Below, piece after piece: positions 1 through 12,255 of a stretch of 64,000 bases of DNA. Location: contig NC_043013.1 of NCBI RefSeq assembly GCF_006345805.1, positions 32,488,001 to 32,552,000 of the forward strand. The letters run 5' to 3'. Position 1 is the first letter of the stretch; each line of letters begins with the position of its first letter. A program made the translations under genes and the position numbers. The DNA comes from Octopus sinensis (lineage: Eukaryota). The notes beneath the pieces were generated by a model. The model did not search any database, was not told the DNA's origin, and saw only the letters and a list, made by a program, of their open reading frames with translations.

Positions 1-213
1 AATAAATGGTAATGGTTAATATCGTGGAAGGAAGTTTTGTTCTTAACCTATAAATCATGTACACATTTTAGATTCTATGTTATTAAACTCCTTACGATTG
101 TGCAATTGCGTCTCATCTTCGAAAGCTACTTAGATGCATACATACTTACAAACATACAGCATATATATTTATATATATATATATAGATAGATATATTCAG
201 ACATAGATGTATG

Positions 214-249
<36 letters not shown>

Positions 250-538
250 GCACATGCATATCTATATACATGCATATATATGTAAATATAAATATACATA
301 CAGATATATAAACATATATACATATGTATATATATATACATACATATATATATATACATATATATATATAGGTACATATATATTCATATGTACGTATATG
401 CGTGTGCATATATGTGTGTATCTATATATACATATATGTATATGTTTATATATGTGTATATATATATATGTATGTATATATATATATATATATGTGTGTG
501 TGCGTGTGTGTATATATATGTGTATATTTTTTTTTTCT

Positions 539-752
539 GTACTTGTTTCAGTCATTTGACTGCGGCCATGCTGGAGCACCGCCTTTTAGAGTGGTGAAAG
601 AGTACAGCAGGGATCACCACCTCCTGCCGGAGCCTCGTGGAGCTTTTAGGTGTTTTCGCTCAATAAACACACACAACGCCCGGTCTGGGAATCGAAACCG
701 CGATCCTCCGACCGCAAGTCCGCTGCCCTAACCACTAGGCCATTGCGCCTCC
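539..752 (-). mobile_element. Chimeric tRNA-type SINE (family C head joined to a family A 3' end)
   Basis: Minus-strand head ggaggcgcaatggcctagtggttagggc...ggtttcgattccc has A/B boxes. 539-590 matches the family A tail (gcggccatgctggagcaccgcc). Confidence 0.65.
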
Positions 753-1226
753 ATATATATATATATATATATATATATACGTTAAGATAATTCTCTATTT
801 CCAATTATATATGTATATATAATATATATATATAATATATATATATATAATATATATAATATATATATATATATACATATATACATACATATATACATAC
901 ATATATACATCTGTGTATTGTGTGTGCGCGCGCGCATATCGTCAACATACCTACCCAACGACCTGCAACAGATTGCAAATCGAGAATTATCTTAATATAT
1001 GAGAAATTGCAACGAAATCGCCATCAAATCACATCCTCACATCCAAGGCATAAATATACTGGACAATGTAACATACTTGATAAGAAAAAAGGCGGAATGG
1101 TTATGACTACTCGATAAATGTTGACCTAGGACTGACCGCGGTTAAACACCCACAGCATATCGGCTAAATGTTAATGGTTTCAGACGATCTAGCGGTTTTG
1201 AATATTTCCTACTACATATATTATGT

Positions 1227-1613
1227 AACTAGCAGTATCGCCCGGCGTTGCTCAGGTTTGTAAGGGAAATAACTATAAAGCATTTTTAGAGAGTTATAGC
1301 CAAAAAATAGCAAAAAAATGGAAAAAAAATGATGGTAAATTTTTTTAAGAGTAAAAAAAGGTCGAGTTGCGTCCCCTAGACAGTCTGTGGTTTGTGTTTC
1401 TGATTCTCGACCCCATGTCGAATTTATCGATTTTTTTCAGAACTGGGGGAACTTTTCAAAATTTTCGCTGCGTTAGTTTTGAATTATGACATTGGGCTAT
1501 GTGTGTGTCAAGTTTCATCAAAATCGGTTGAAAGCAGTGGTCAGGGTGAGGGTACAACCAAACAGACACACAGAAACACACACAGACAAACTGCCGTTTA
1601 TATAGAGAGAGAT
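1227..1613 (+). mobile_element. Helentron-associated (HINE/DINE-1-like) non-autonomous element
   Basis: Starts aactag..cccggcgttgctc, contains aagtttcatcaaaatcgg and acagacacaca, and ends ttatatagagagat. The same termini occur at 63347-63735. Confidence 0.55.
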
Positions 1614-1740
1614 AAAATGTTTCGAAATTGGGCTAAAACGGAGACCTGAAAATATCTGCATACGTGTGAAGTATTCATGAAATCTATATCACTACGCGAC
1701 ACTTTAGGCAAATGTCCGATTTTGTTATATTTCTTATTTC

Positions 1741-2518
1741 TTTATTGCCCACAAGGGGCTAAACGCAGAGGGGACAAACAAAGGGATTAAGTCGATTTCA
1801 TCGACCCCAGTGCGAAACTGGTACTTAATTTATCGACCAGGAAAGGATGAAAGGTAAAATCGACCTCGGCGGAATTTGAACTCAGAACGTAACGGCAGAC
1901 GAAATACCTATTTCTATTTTACCCAAAAGGGGCTAAACATAGAGGGGACAAACAAGGACAGACAAAGGTATTAAGTCGATTACATCAATCCCAGTAATTA
2001 ACTGGTACTTAATTTATCGATCCCGAAAGGATGAAAGGCAAAGTTGACCTCGGCGGAATTTGAACTCAGAACGTAGCGGCAGACGAAATACCTATTTCTT
2101 TACTACCTCTTTCTTTACTACCCACAAGGGCTAAACACAGAGAGGACAAACAAGAACAGACAAACGGATTAAGTCGATTATATCGACCTCAGTGCGTAAC
2201 TGGTACTTATTTAATCGACCCCAAAAGGATGAAAGGAAAAGTCGACCTCGACGGAATTTGAGCTCAGAACGCAGTGGCGGACGAAATACCCATTTCTTTA
2301 CTACCCACAAGGGGCTAAACATAGAGGGGACAAACAAGGACAGACAAACGGATAAAGTCGATTACATCGATCCCAGTGCGTAACTGGTACTTAATTTATC
2401 GACCCCGAAAGGATGAAAGGCAAAGTCGACCTCGGCAGAATTTGAACTCAGAACGTAACAGCAGACGAAATACGCCTACGCATTTCGCCCGGCGTGCTAA
2501 CATTTCTGCCAGCTCGCC
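1741..2518 (-). mobile_element. Tandem multimer of SINE family B: one head and four bodies
   Basis: Four 175-200-bp units (cccacaaggggctaaac...gcagacgaaatacc). Only the unit ending at 2518 carries the ggcgagctggcagaa head. Confidence 0.85.
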
Positions 2519-2699
2519 TCCTTATTTTGTTAAATTTCTTTCAACCGCTTGAAATATTCCAAATTTCCACGAGATTTATTTTTCTAATTTTCTACATTAA
2601 TGGTGCTTCTTTATTTTTAACTTCTAGAGCAAAAAATAAATGCGATTTTTTTTTTTTTTTTCAGGATGCAAAACTACAGTTTATGAAAATATAATCTGG

Positions 2700-4000
2700 T
2701 GAAAATTTGAAAAAATTTCAAGTGCTTGGAGGAATTTCGGCAAGACCTCAAGTATCTTCTGCCATAACTTCTAATAGATTGATGTCTCGTAAGTGGAATT
2801 TTGTTGACAAATACCATGCGGAACGTCTGTTATGTGTATGAGTCATTTATGAAAAGACGCTAAAATGTACACTGTGATGTTATATAATATAAACTCTTTG
2901 CTAATCGCTTAACCTATTATAAAATTTTTGACAGTATTTAACAATGTTGGGCTTAATGGAGGTACTGTCGGGAGCTTGCTTATGGCGGTGTGTATGCTGT
3001 AGACCAGTGGTTTTCAACCAGGGTTCCGCGGAACCTTAGGGTCCCGACAGTACAGTCCAGGGGTTCCGCAAGAAGTTACAAAACTGCTAAAATCGGCAGT
3101 AATTTTTAATTCTCCTGTGCAGATATGTGTGAATAAGACTATTAAATTATTGCACAGGGGTTCCTCGAGCCAGTAAAATGTTTCCTTGGGGTTCCGCTCC
3201 AGCAAAAAGTTTGAAAAGCACTGCTGTAGACCATCGTGTGATTGTGGTTGGTTGCATGTATTATAAATGAAGCTGACTCATGAACGTTCAACAATATTTA
3301 TGGATAGAAATTATTTAGTGTGTTGGCTTAAACGTTAGCTATATGGAAAAGCAAAAATGCAGATATATTGTTAAACCCTGGAGAAGAGAACCGCGCTGTG
3401 TCTTGTTGAAGGCTAGTTGTAGCATGTTGTGACCTGTCTTGCTTGAGTGTCCGAAGAGGACTACTGTGCATCAAAATTTCTGTCTGGGGTAAAAGGGCAC
3501 GAATTTTAGAATATTCAAAAAGCCATATCATGCCAAGTGTTCAAACTGATCGGTCGATTTATGGATCAATCACGTGAAACTGTAGAGGCATATCATCATC
3601 GCAAACTAATGATTTCATGGTTGAGGTTTGAATCCCCTCAGTACAATTGGTTTGGGGGGGTAATCAGTTTTTCCCAACTTGGGCCCACAAAAATTTTACT
3701 GAGGAGTTGTATGCAATATTCAGAATTTTGTGAATGGAAAGGCCTTTCAAAAGCCTTTACTTCTTGGGGAAATTTATTCAAATAAAAAAAATGGGTTCCT
3801 TGGTAGTGAAAACGTTACTAACTACAGAACTACGCAGTTGAATGATTTAAAACTATAAGTAGTGTTTAATAAATTTTGGTTTTTAGATGTTAGTGAAATA
3901 TCCTTCTTTATACACCTGAGTTTATTAGTATCAGAGAGTATGATACTAGTTTTTTTGTGGAGCATGGGGGGGTCTTCGCTTTTTCGAGATAATCTGTGGT
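2700..4000 (-). mobile_element. Highly decayed Penelope-like (GIY-YIG) element remnant
   Basis: Frameshifted VY...NDSY(T*)QTFR near 2810-2870 resembles the GIY-YIG VY..YIGQT.R motif. Many stops; interrupted by a MITE. Confidence 0.3.
3005..3223. mobile_element. hAT (Charlie-like) MITE
   Basis: TIRs cagtggttttcaa / ttgaaaagcactg and a perfect 8-bp TSD CTGTAGAC (2997-3004, 3224-3231). Confidence 0.92.
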
Positions 4001-4261
4001 GTTTAAAATTACGTAAGTATATACATCAGCTTTATCTTCTTTCCAATAAGTGTTGACCTTAATTTGCTAAAGTTCATATATCGAGCGTTTTCAGACTCCA
4101 TTTGTATGTGCCAGAGTACTCAGCGTGGCTAACTATCAGGCCGGGAATGCTTTAATTACATAATTACATTGTCGCTTGGAATTTCCAAGTTGAAGTCATA
4201 TCTTTGGTGACTTAACTCGGAAATCCCAAACGACAATGTAACTTTCGTGTAATTAAGCTAT

Positions 4262-4353
4262 TCTCAGCCTGATGATTAGCTACGTTGAGTACTCCTCGTT
4301 GAGTAATTATTGATATCAAAGGGTCAGCTAGCTAAGAAACATATGTAGCCTGG
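4262..4353 (+). ncRNA. Possible type I hammerhead motif
   Basis: CUGAUGA 4269-4275, UUAGCUA/UAGCUAA stem II base, GAAA 4336-4339, perfectly palindromic ACAUAUGU, GUA triplet 4345-4347. Stem I is weak or bulged and pair 10.1-11.1 is U-A. Confidence 0.4.
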
Positions 4354-4755
4354 ATTTTACCCGTTCCATTCACTCATTTGGATTTTTATTCGCATTTATA
4401 ACAACTCTAGTTGCTAACTGTGGCCTATACAGAAACTTTCTGCTTATCGAATTTACTCGTGACTGCGATATAGGAAAAATTGTGTAACCTTCGACGCCAA
4501 TATATTGTTATTGTTCCTAACCATACACTGCCCACTTTTTGCTTTCTGTATCTACCACGGACTGCTTGAAGCTTACAAACTTCCTACTCTTGGATCCTTG
4601 GATCGTACCCTTATATACATATGTGTGTGTATGTATGCGTGTGTATGTATATATATATATATATATATATATGAAAGAAAAAGGCATTCAGTATGCTGGA
4701 TGGTTGAACGCCTTTTTTTTTCATATGTATTAAATCTGTACATCGCCCCCAATAC

Positions 4756-4864
<109 letters not shown>

Positions 4865-5287
4865 GCTCCTAATATTGGTTTCCGTACTGTGAAGTATTCT
4901 ATTTCCTATATTTAATATATCAAACTAAATCAGTTTAAATAGTTGCTTAGAGCTGAGTGTTGTGATAGATGTTGCTTAATTCAAACAGTTGTATTTGATG
5001 ATTCGTGGGATAAAAGTCGGTAAGGTTTAAGTTGGATTTTTTATAGACCATCAAGTTACTGCTTTGTAGTTTTTTTTTTTTTTTTTGGCATTTTTTTTTT
5101 CAACATATAATTTTCGTAACTCACCGTTTTGTATGCAGAGCTTAAAAGGGATGCTATCTGAAAAAATAATGGTTTTTATCGGTTCTTCATCCTCTTCAAA
5201 TTTCCCTGTAAAACATGTTTAAGAGCTAATGGCAATGATTTCTGTGTTGGCAAGGTGAATTTATTTCTCAACGAGGTTTATAAAACA

Positions 5288-5367
<80 letters not shown>

Positions 5368-5490
5368 ACACACACACATACACACACAAGCATATACATA
5401 TATATGTGTATGTATGTTTAAATGTATATATGTGTGTGTATGCTAATATGTATGTACGTATGTATGCATGTATGTTTGTATGTGTATATT

Positions 5491-5522
<32 letters not shown>

Positions 5523-5911
5523 TGTATGTATGTATGTATGTATGTATGTATGTATATAGTATGTATGTTGTACGTATGTATTCGTGTAAGTATGTATGTC
5601 TGTATGTATGTGTGTATATCTATATGTATGTATATGTGTATGTTTAGATATATGTATGTACGTATGCATGCATGCGTGTATGTTTGTATGTATGTGTGTG
5701 TGTGTATTTATATGTATGTTTGTGTGTATTTATATGTATGTGTGTATGTTTATATGTATGTGTGCATGTTTGTATTCTGTATGTGTGTGTATATATATGT
5801 GTGTGTGTTTATATGAATGTATGTATGCATGCATGTGTGTGTTTGTATCAGCCATGTAGCCAACCGATTGCAACTGTGGGTGCTATGTTGATAGCTGTGG
5901 GTGCTGAACAA

Positions 5912-6368
5912 GGGTACGGACAAAAGCCCCTACTTAAAGTGTGAAAGTGGACAAAAGCCCCATGCTTATATTTTTCGGGCGTTTTTTTTTTCCACATTTC
6001 TTGGCGCCTAGCCTGCTCAAAACTTCTGATATATTTCGGGGTTTTTTTCCTTCATTTTATTTGTTGCAATCATTAAACTGAGGCCATGCTGGGGCATCAC
6101 CTCGAAAAGTTTTTAGTCAAATGTATCGACTCCAATATATTTTTTAAGATTTTCAACAAGCACATAGTTAAGCCTAAAAGGTATTTCCACATGCTACAGA
6201 TAACAGCCTAATCTTTAAACATTATTTTTAATATAATTTCAAATAAACAAAAACGGAAACCGCGATTGTAAAAAATATCAAAATTTCATACTCTAACTAT
6301 TGTGGCATTTGTCTTATGGGCTTTTGTCTTAGGGGGCTTTTTTCCTAATGGTCTTTTGTATTACATCC
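5912..6368. mobile_element. MULE-like MITE nested in the hAT element
   Basis: GG..CC termini, inverted ggacaaaagccc subterminal repeats, 9-bp TSD gctgaacaa/gctgaacag (8/9 match). Confidence 0.7.
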
Positions 6369-8528
6369 GCTGAACAGAACTCTAAAAACCGTACTGTTTA
6401 TAAAATTTGATTATTTCTCTGTTGTGTGGAAATAGAACACCCCCCCAAGGTAGAACAATGGATTAGTCCACAAGGATAAATATGGTGGAGTAATGCCAAT
6501 GGGTTCACAGACCGACAGCTCATGAGCAATGTGTCGACTCGGAAGTTTGAATAGTGCCAGTGAGCGGACAAGCATCTAGTACTATCTCTTAAACGGACTT
6601 AGTGTATTATTTTATCATGTCGTGCGAGAACTGTACGACACAAGTCTCTCGAAAAAATTCAGAACACGAAATAAAATCATGTTACATTTATTTAATACAA
6701 CTACAATCTACGGCAACGCAAGGCAAAAAAATTTAAGAAAATCATCCTTGTCTATACTTGATTTGTATTTATTAAGAGAAGCAAGTATCACGAGGTTTGG
6801 TTTTCGCTGGTACTTCATATTTCGTCGAAAGGGTGTCATAATTCGAGTTTGCGTCGAAAACGATGATCCACGTGTAGCTGTGCTAGATCCAAATGTTAAT
6901 GCTGCACCATACAAAAGATAAACATTTGGAAAGGCATCCTGTACAATACGCAAAGATCCAAAAATATCAAGCAGTATCATCATATCTTGTTTGGAAATGT
7001 TTGCTTTTGCCACAGTAAGTTCAGAAAGTAAGGCCGATTTATCACAATTAACTAAATTGCTCAAAGGTTTTAAAAGCATCAAAATCCAAAAATATCTCGG
7101 ACGTTGGTAGTAGACTTGCCAAGGAAGAATATATACTATCGTTTTGCTCTGAAAATCTATTATCTAGCTCTCCCAAGCTTTCATCGATGATCATGAAATA
7201 AATTTTGCGATGCAAGGCTATCCAGTCATCTTGTGATGGTTCCAGGGCTTCAACAACATAATCTGAAAAACGTCGGGACTCGCAAGCTTTTCGACATATG
7301 CGTTCCTCAATAACATTAAATTAACTCATTTGTTTCAGAATCTCATCAAATATCAAAGTTTCTCAGTTTGGTTATTTCACTCTTGGCAACCTTAAGAAAC
7401 CCAAGGCCATAGTATATAGACTCTGAAGCTGTTTGTCTATTGGTCTATTTATATGCAGAAATTTGCTAAGAACAAGGGCTAGAAAAACAAACCTTGGAGA
7501 ACGAACTTGATCTAAAATTCCAGTTACCCCTATACACGTTTTTGAATCTGACGAATCTGTGCATTCGGTTAGCAAACCAACAATTTTGGAGTGATTTTTT
7601 TTTTATTATAGAAGCAATGGCAGTGAAATGACCCGACCACCTATGCTCCATAAAACGTGGCAACTTCAATCCTTTCCAGAGACTAGCTATCTTTGGCCGC
7701 TTAATAAAATTATGAAGAATATTAACGGTGTCAAAGAACGTAGCTAACTCCGGAATCAGCTTTATTGTGTTAACCACGATAAAATGCAACTGATGATTAA
7801 GACAATGAACATAAGGTATATATTTCTCAAGTCGAGAAATTCTTTGAATGCCACCTATTTTGCCAGACATCACAGAAGCATCATCAAAGCATTGTGACAA
7901 CATACGCTTTGGGTCAATGCAAAGGTTGGTTAATTCCTTAATTATTTAATCGGCCAATGTTTCAGCATCATAATGTTGAGTAGTTGGCATCGCAACTAAC
8001 TTTTCCAGAACCCTGCCGTTTTGCAAGTACCTAATAACAATTACAAGATTTTCAGTATCACGCGTTCCATCACATTTCAGCGTAAAATAAGGAACATTGA
8101 AACATTTTATTTCATCGACCACGAGGCTGACAGTGTGTCTTCTCAACAATTCGATGATTTCGTTTTGCATTGCTGCTGAGGTGTAGGTCGCATTTTTTGG
8201 AATCATGCTGTAACATTCCATTAGCTTTGAGTCAATCTCTGATGCGTACTGGAATAATTTCATAAAAAGACCACAAGGCTGCGTGTCATCTTCCGAATAA
8301 AGATCCTAAAAAGCTTCATTTTTGTTTCCTAGAAAAGGCAATTCGTTTGCACAAAGAAAATGAACAACAATGGAACTGATACAATAACGGTTTTTGCTCA
8401 ACTGATCATTTTGCAAGATTGAAGACACGGATGTTGTTGTGGATAAACGCTGTTGGCGGGATGCAGATTTTGCGTGCTTATTTAAACCTTTGTTGATTTT
8501 TCTCTTTTGCATAATGCCAATTAGAATA

Positions 8529-8931
8529 CTCTCTTTACTCTTTTACTTGTTTCAGTCATTTGACTGCGGCCATGCTGGAGCACCGCCTTTAGTCGAGCAA
8601 CTCGACCCCGGGACTTATTCTTTGTAAGCCCAGTACTTTTTCTATCGGTCTCTTTTGCTGAACCGCTAAGTGACGGGGACGTAAACACACCAGCATCGGT
8701 TGTCAAGCAATGCTAGGGGGACAAACACAGACACACAAACACATATATATATATATACATATATACGACGGGCTTCTTTCAGTTTCCGTCTACCAAATCC
8801 ACTCACAAGGCTTTGGTCGGCCCGAGGCTATAGTAGAAAACACTTGCCCAAGGTGCCACGCAGTGGGACTGAACCCGGAGGAACCATGTGGTTGGTAAGT
8901 AAGCTACTTACCACACAGCCACTCCTGTGCC
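8529..8931 (-). mobile_element. tRNA-derived SINE family A inserted in the transposase ORF
   Basis: A-box TGGCTGTGTGG, B-box GGTTCAGTCCC, internal (TA/CA)n and (AAAGAGT)-like tail. Removing it leaving one TA restores NGYSNWH. Confidence 0.9.
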
Positions 8932-10223
8932 TATCCATTTTTAATAAAACAAGTATCAGCTTGAGCAAAAGTATTAAAGTGCTGACAAGCAAAACAAAAC
9001 AACGCTTTTTTTGAAAGAGAATACTCTAACCATGGACGACCAGTATATATACCAGCATGACGAGAAGTCACGTCTCTGATTTCCATAAATTTTGGGATCA
9101 AACTTTGCTAGAACTGGCTGCACTGGTTGGCAGTCGACCTGTCCTAGATCATCCAATGAGGGTGTCAAAGACTTTGCAAGACCTCCCTTGAGCTGCGAAA
9201 CTTCGTTTGAAATTCTCTTCTGTTTAGATGAATCAGATTGGAAATTCAGCAATGATTGCTTCAGTTCTCTTTTTCGGTAGTGATTCATTATTTTTGGACA
9301 CTGATATTCACAATAATTAATTCTAAAGTATAATATCGTAGTAAGAGTAACAATTTCTTAAAATTTATGTATTTTTAAATTAAACTCGTAAGAGATTTCA
9401 GTTCAAACAATTTTTTTTTCCGATTTCTTCAAAGTTATGCTTTTTTTTAGTTAAACACAAAATGATATCAGTATAAACTTTATTCAAAGAGTAGGAAAAT
9501 TTATTCAGTGTAAGTTCTCACCTGAAAAATCCTTTCTGAATGTATATTTTGGGAAATTTCAAAAATTTTCTTTCATTTTTCAATATTCTCTGACTAGTAG
9601 AAATAAAATGATTTTTTAATGTCCGTCTCTGTTCACATATATACCTGTGTAGGATGCGTTTACTGCCATAAACCTCTAAACTACAGCAACTATTCTTCAC
9701 ATACTTTTCAACAACAAAAACGACAACCACCAGCACCACTGCTGTCGTCGCCACCACGATCACCACCACCACCACAACAACAACTGACCCAGATTCAGCC
9801 ACTCCTTAATTCAACCCACAGTTGATGACCGGGTCAGCAGCCAATTGTGCGACAACAATTACAGCTATAACAAACACCAGCTCTCTAATTTACCCACGTT
9901 TTCATATCACTAACTACTAAATCAAAAGAAATTCAATTTATTGCATCTTTGGCGACTTCAGATATTTCAAAAGTGGATAAAACAAAAATTCTCGTATTTA
10001 TCGACAGTCGACTTCGGCAGAACTTGAACTCAGATGGACTTAATATTCCTTGCCATATCGCGGTTCCTTGCCGTAATTCCTATCGTAATTCCTTGCCATA
10101 ATTCCTATCGTAAATCCTTACCATATTGCGGTTTATTATTTAAGCTTATGTTGATTCCTCTGGTTGCTTTACATTTACAATAAAATAAATATATACAAAT
10201 TATAAAAATAGTAAAAAAAAAAT

Positions 10224-10648
10224 ATGCAGGAGTGGCTGTGTGGTAAGTAGCTTGCTAACCAACCACACGGTTGCGGGTTCAGTCCCACTGCGTGGCATCT
10301 TGGGCAAGTGTCTTCTGCTATAGCCCCGGGTCGACCAAAGCCTTGTGAGTGGATTTGGTAGACGGAAACTGAAAGAAGCCTGTCGTATATATGTATATAT
10401 ATATAAGTGTGTGTGTGTGTGATTGTGTGTCTGTGTTTGTCCCCCTAGCATTGCTTGACAACCGATGCTGGTGTGTTTACGTCCCCGTCACTTAGCGGTT
10501 CGGCAAAAGAGACCGATAGAATAAGTACTGGGCTTACAAAAACAATAAGTCCCGGGGTCGATTTGCTCGACTAAAGGCAGTGCTCCAGCATGGCCGCAGT
10601 CAAATGACTGAAACAAGTAAAAGAGTAAAAAAAAGAGTAAAAGAGTAC
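10224..10648 (+). mobile_element. SINE family A, full length
   Basis: Same head, body and tail as 8529-8931. Confidence 0.88.
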
Positions 10649-10889
10649 AGCACTGTTTCTACTTTGCAGATTTTCGCCTACCGCAGGGGCTTTTGCAACG
10701 TAACACTCACGATAGTCAAGGGATTACTGTACACAGAAACACATGATAAAATAAAATTTTTTAAAAAAACAAGCATGCTGGTAATTTATAGGTAGCAATT
10801 ATTTAATATCAAAAATAACAAAAATTCATATTTGAACTGTTCATAATAAAAAAAAAAACATGATCGTTTTAATGTACACTTTACTGTGC

Positions 10890-11130
10890 GAGAGTCGGAT
10901 ATAAAGGTTATCCCTATTGTCATCAATACCAGCCAATTTGAAAAAAAACATCTGAAAACCTTAGAAATACTCTACAATCTAGGCATATTGCAAAAGTCGG
11001 CATTACTTGGAACTGCACGCTTATTGCATAAAGTACTGTCTGTCTGAGGTGCTTGTTGTGACTTGACAAACAGTAACCCCCCCCCCCCGGTAGACATATC
11101 TTCAATCAACAACCTCACGATATTGTATAC
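10890..11130 (+). mobile_element. 3' end of an R4/Dong-type (REL endonuclease) non-LTR retrotransposon
   Basis: Frameshifted IPIVI..LGTARLLHKVLS-like terminus, followed by a (TAA)n tract. Confidence 0.55.
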
Positions 11131-11178
11131 TGTGTGACGTCTATAGTAATAATAATAATAATAATAATAAGTATAATG

Positions 11179-11224
<46 letters not shown>

Positions 11225-11254
11225 GGATAATAATAATAATAATGATAATAATAA

Positions 11255-11605
11255 GGATGTGTTGAGAGGGATTCTTTGGGGTTTGAATGATTCACCTCTG
11301 GAAACATGGGTGGTTCTTTCAACATCCTTAAACAACCCTTATTCAGGGACCGCTTGAGCAGGATGGGCTACTCAACCTGAAGAAAATTCTAACTGGGCCC
11401 CACCTGCAAGGTCATGAGCTGTTTATCTTGATATGAGATCACCATGTCGCGCACATATGGTTGTGATGCATGTGCCTGGTGTGCCCTTATCAGACGGGTA
11501 GTCATGATGGGTATATTGGGCTTCGTATATTTTACCCCAGTGTCACTTTGATGGCATGAACTGCTCTCTCACTCAATAATAATAATAATAATAATAATAA
11601 TAAGG

Positions 11606-11638
<33 letters not shown>

Positions 11639-12248
11639 GGATAATAATAATGATAATAACGGTAATAATAATAAATGTCCTGATGCAGTACCAAGCAGTA
11701 GCTCTCATGACTTCTGATTTTAACTGATTGGAAGTGTTATCATGTACATTGTTTTGTCTTGCTATAAAAGATGGGCTACAAAAAATATTCTGCTGAATAC
11801 CACATATTTGCTTGTCAGTTGTTTGACCTTAACCAGTTGAGCATGTCTCTTAGTGGCTGACGATATGTGCATCTGTGATTATGAGCAGAAGTAGTGGGGG
11901 AGCATCATAGCCATGTGTTGAGAGGGATTCTTTGGGATTTGAATAATTCACCTCTAGAAACATGGGTGTTTCGTTCAACATCCTTAAACAACCCTTATTC
12001 AGGGACCTTTTGAGCGGGATGGGTTACTCGACCAAAAGAGAATTGTAACTGGGCCCCACCTGCAAGGTCATGCACTGTTTATCTTGGTATGTGATAACCA
12101 TGTTGCGTACATATGGTTGTGATGCATGTGCCTGGTGTACCCTTATCATTCGAGTAGTCATGATGGGTATACTGGGCTTCGTATATTTTACCCCAGTGTC
12201 ACTTTCATGGCATGCACTGCTCTCTCACTCAATAATAATAATAATAAA
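11255..12248 (+). mobile_element. Two copies (5'-truncated 11255-11580 and longer 11675-12248) of a non-coding retroelement with (TAA)n tails
   Basis: About 320 bp of near-identical sequence (gtgttgagagggattctttggg...ctctctcactcaataataat) occurs twice, embedded in TAA repeats. Confidence 0.75.
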
Positions 12249-12255
12249 TATCCTG

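Larger units (their letters stand above)
5849..9330 (-). mobile_element. Decayed hAT DNA transposon (TTF-type zinc finger / DUF4371 / hAT dimerization transposase pseudogene)
   Basis: Frameshifted ORF pieces: FSSCWY..CFACQHF; KNATYTSAAMQNEII..DGTRD; QCFDDASVMSG..YVHCLNHQL; FPNVYLLYGAALTFGSSTAT..SFS. A CAG-starting terminus is at 5849; the other end was not found. Confidence 0.9.

Noticed and set aside
197-910. Many ORFs of Y/I/C/V/M or H/T repeats, here and throughout (5255-5944, 16698-17352, 35306, 39415-40004, 48833-49238)
   Set aside because: They are translations of (TA)n, (CA)n and (TACA)n microsatellites, not genes.
10224-10320. tRNA genes at SINE heads
   Set aside because: A/B boxes are present but there is no complete cloverleaf, and each continues into a SINE body.
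11850-11910. CTGACGA in the (TAA)-tailed element
   Set aside because: The partner is GAAG, not GAAA, and there is no stem I.
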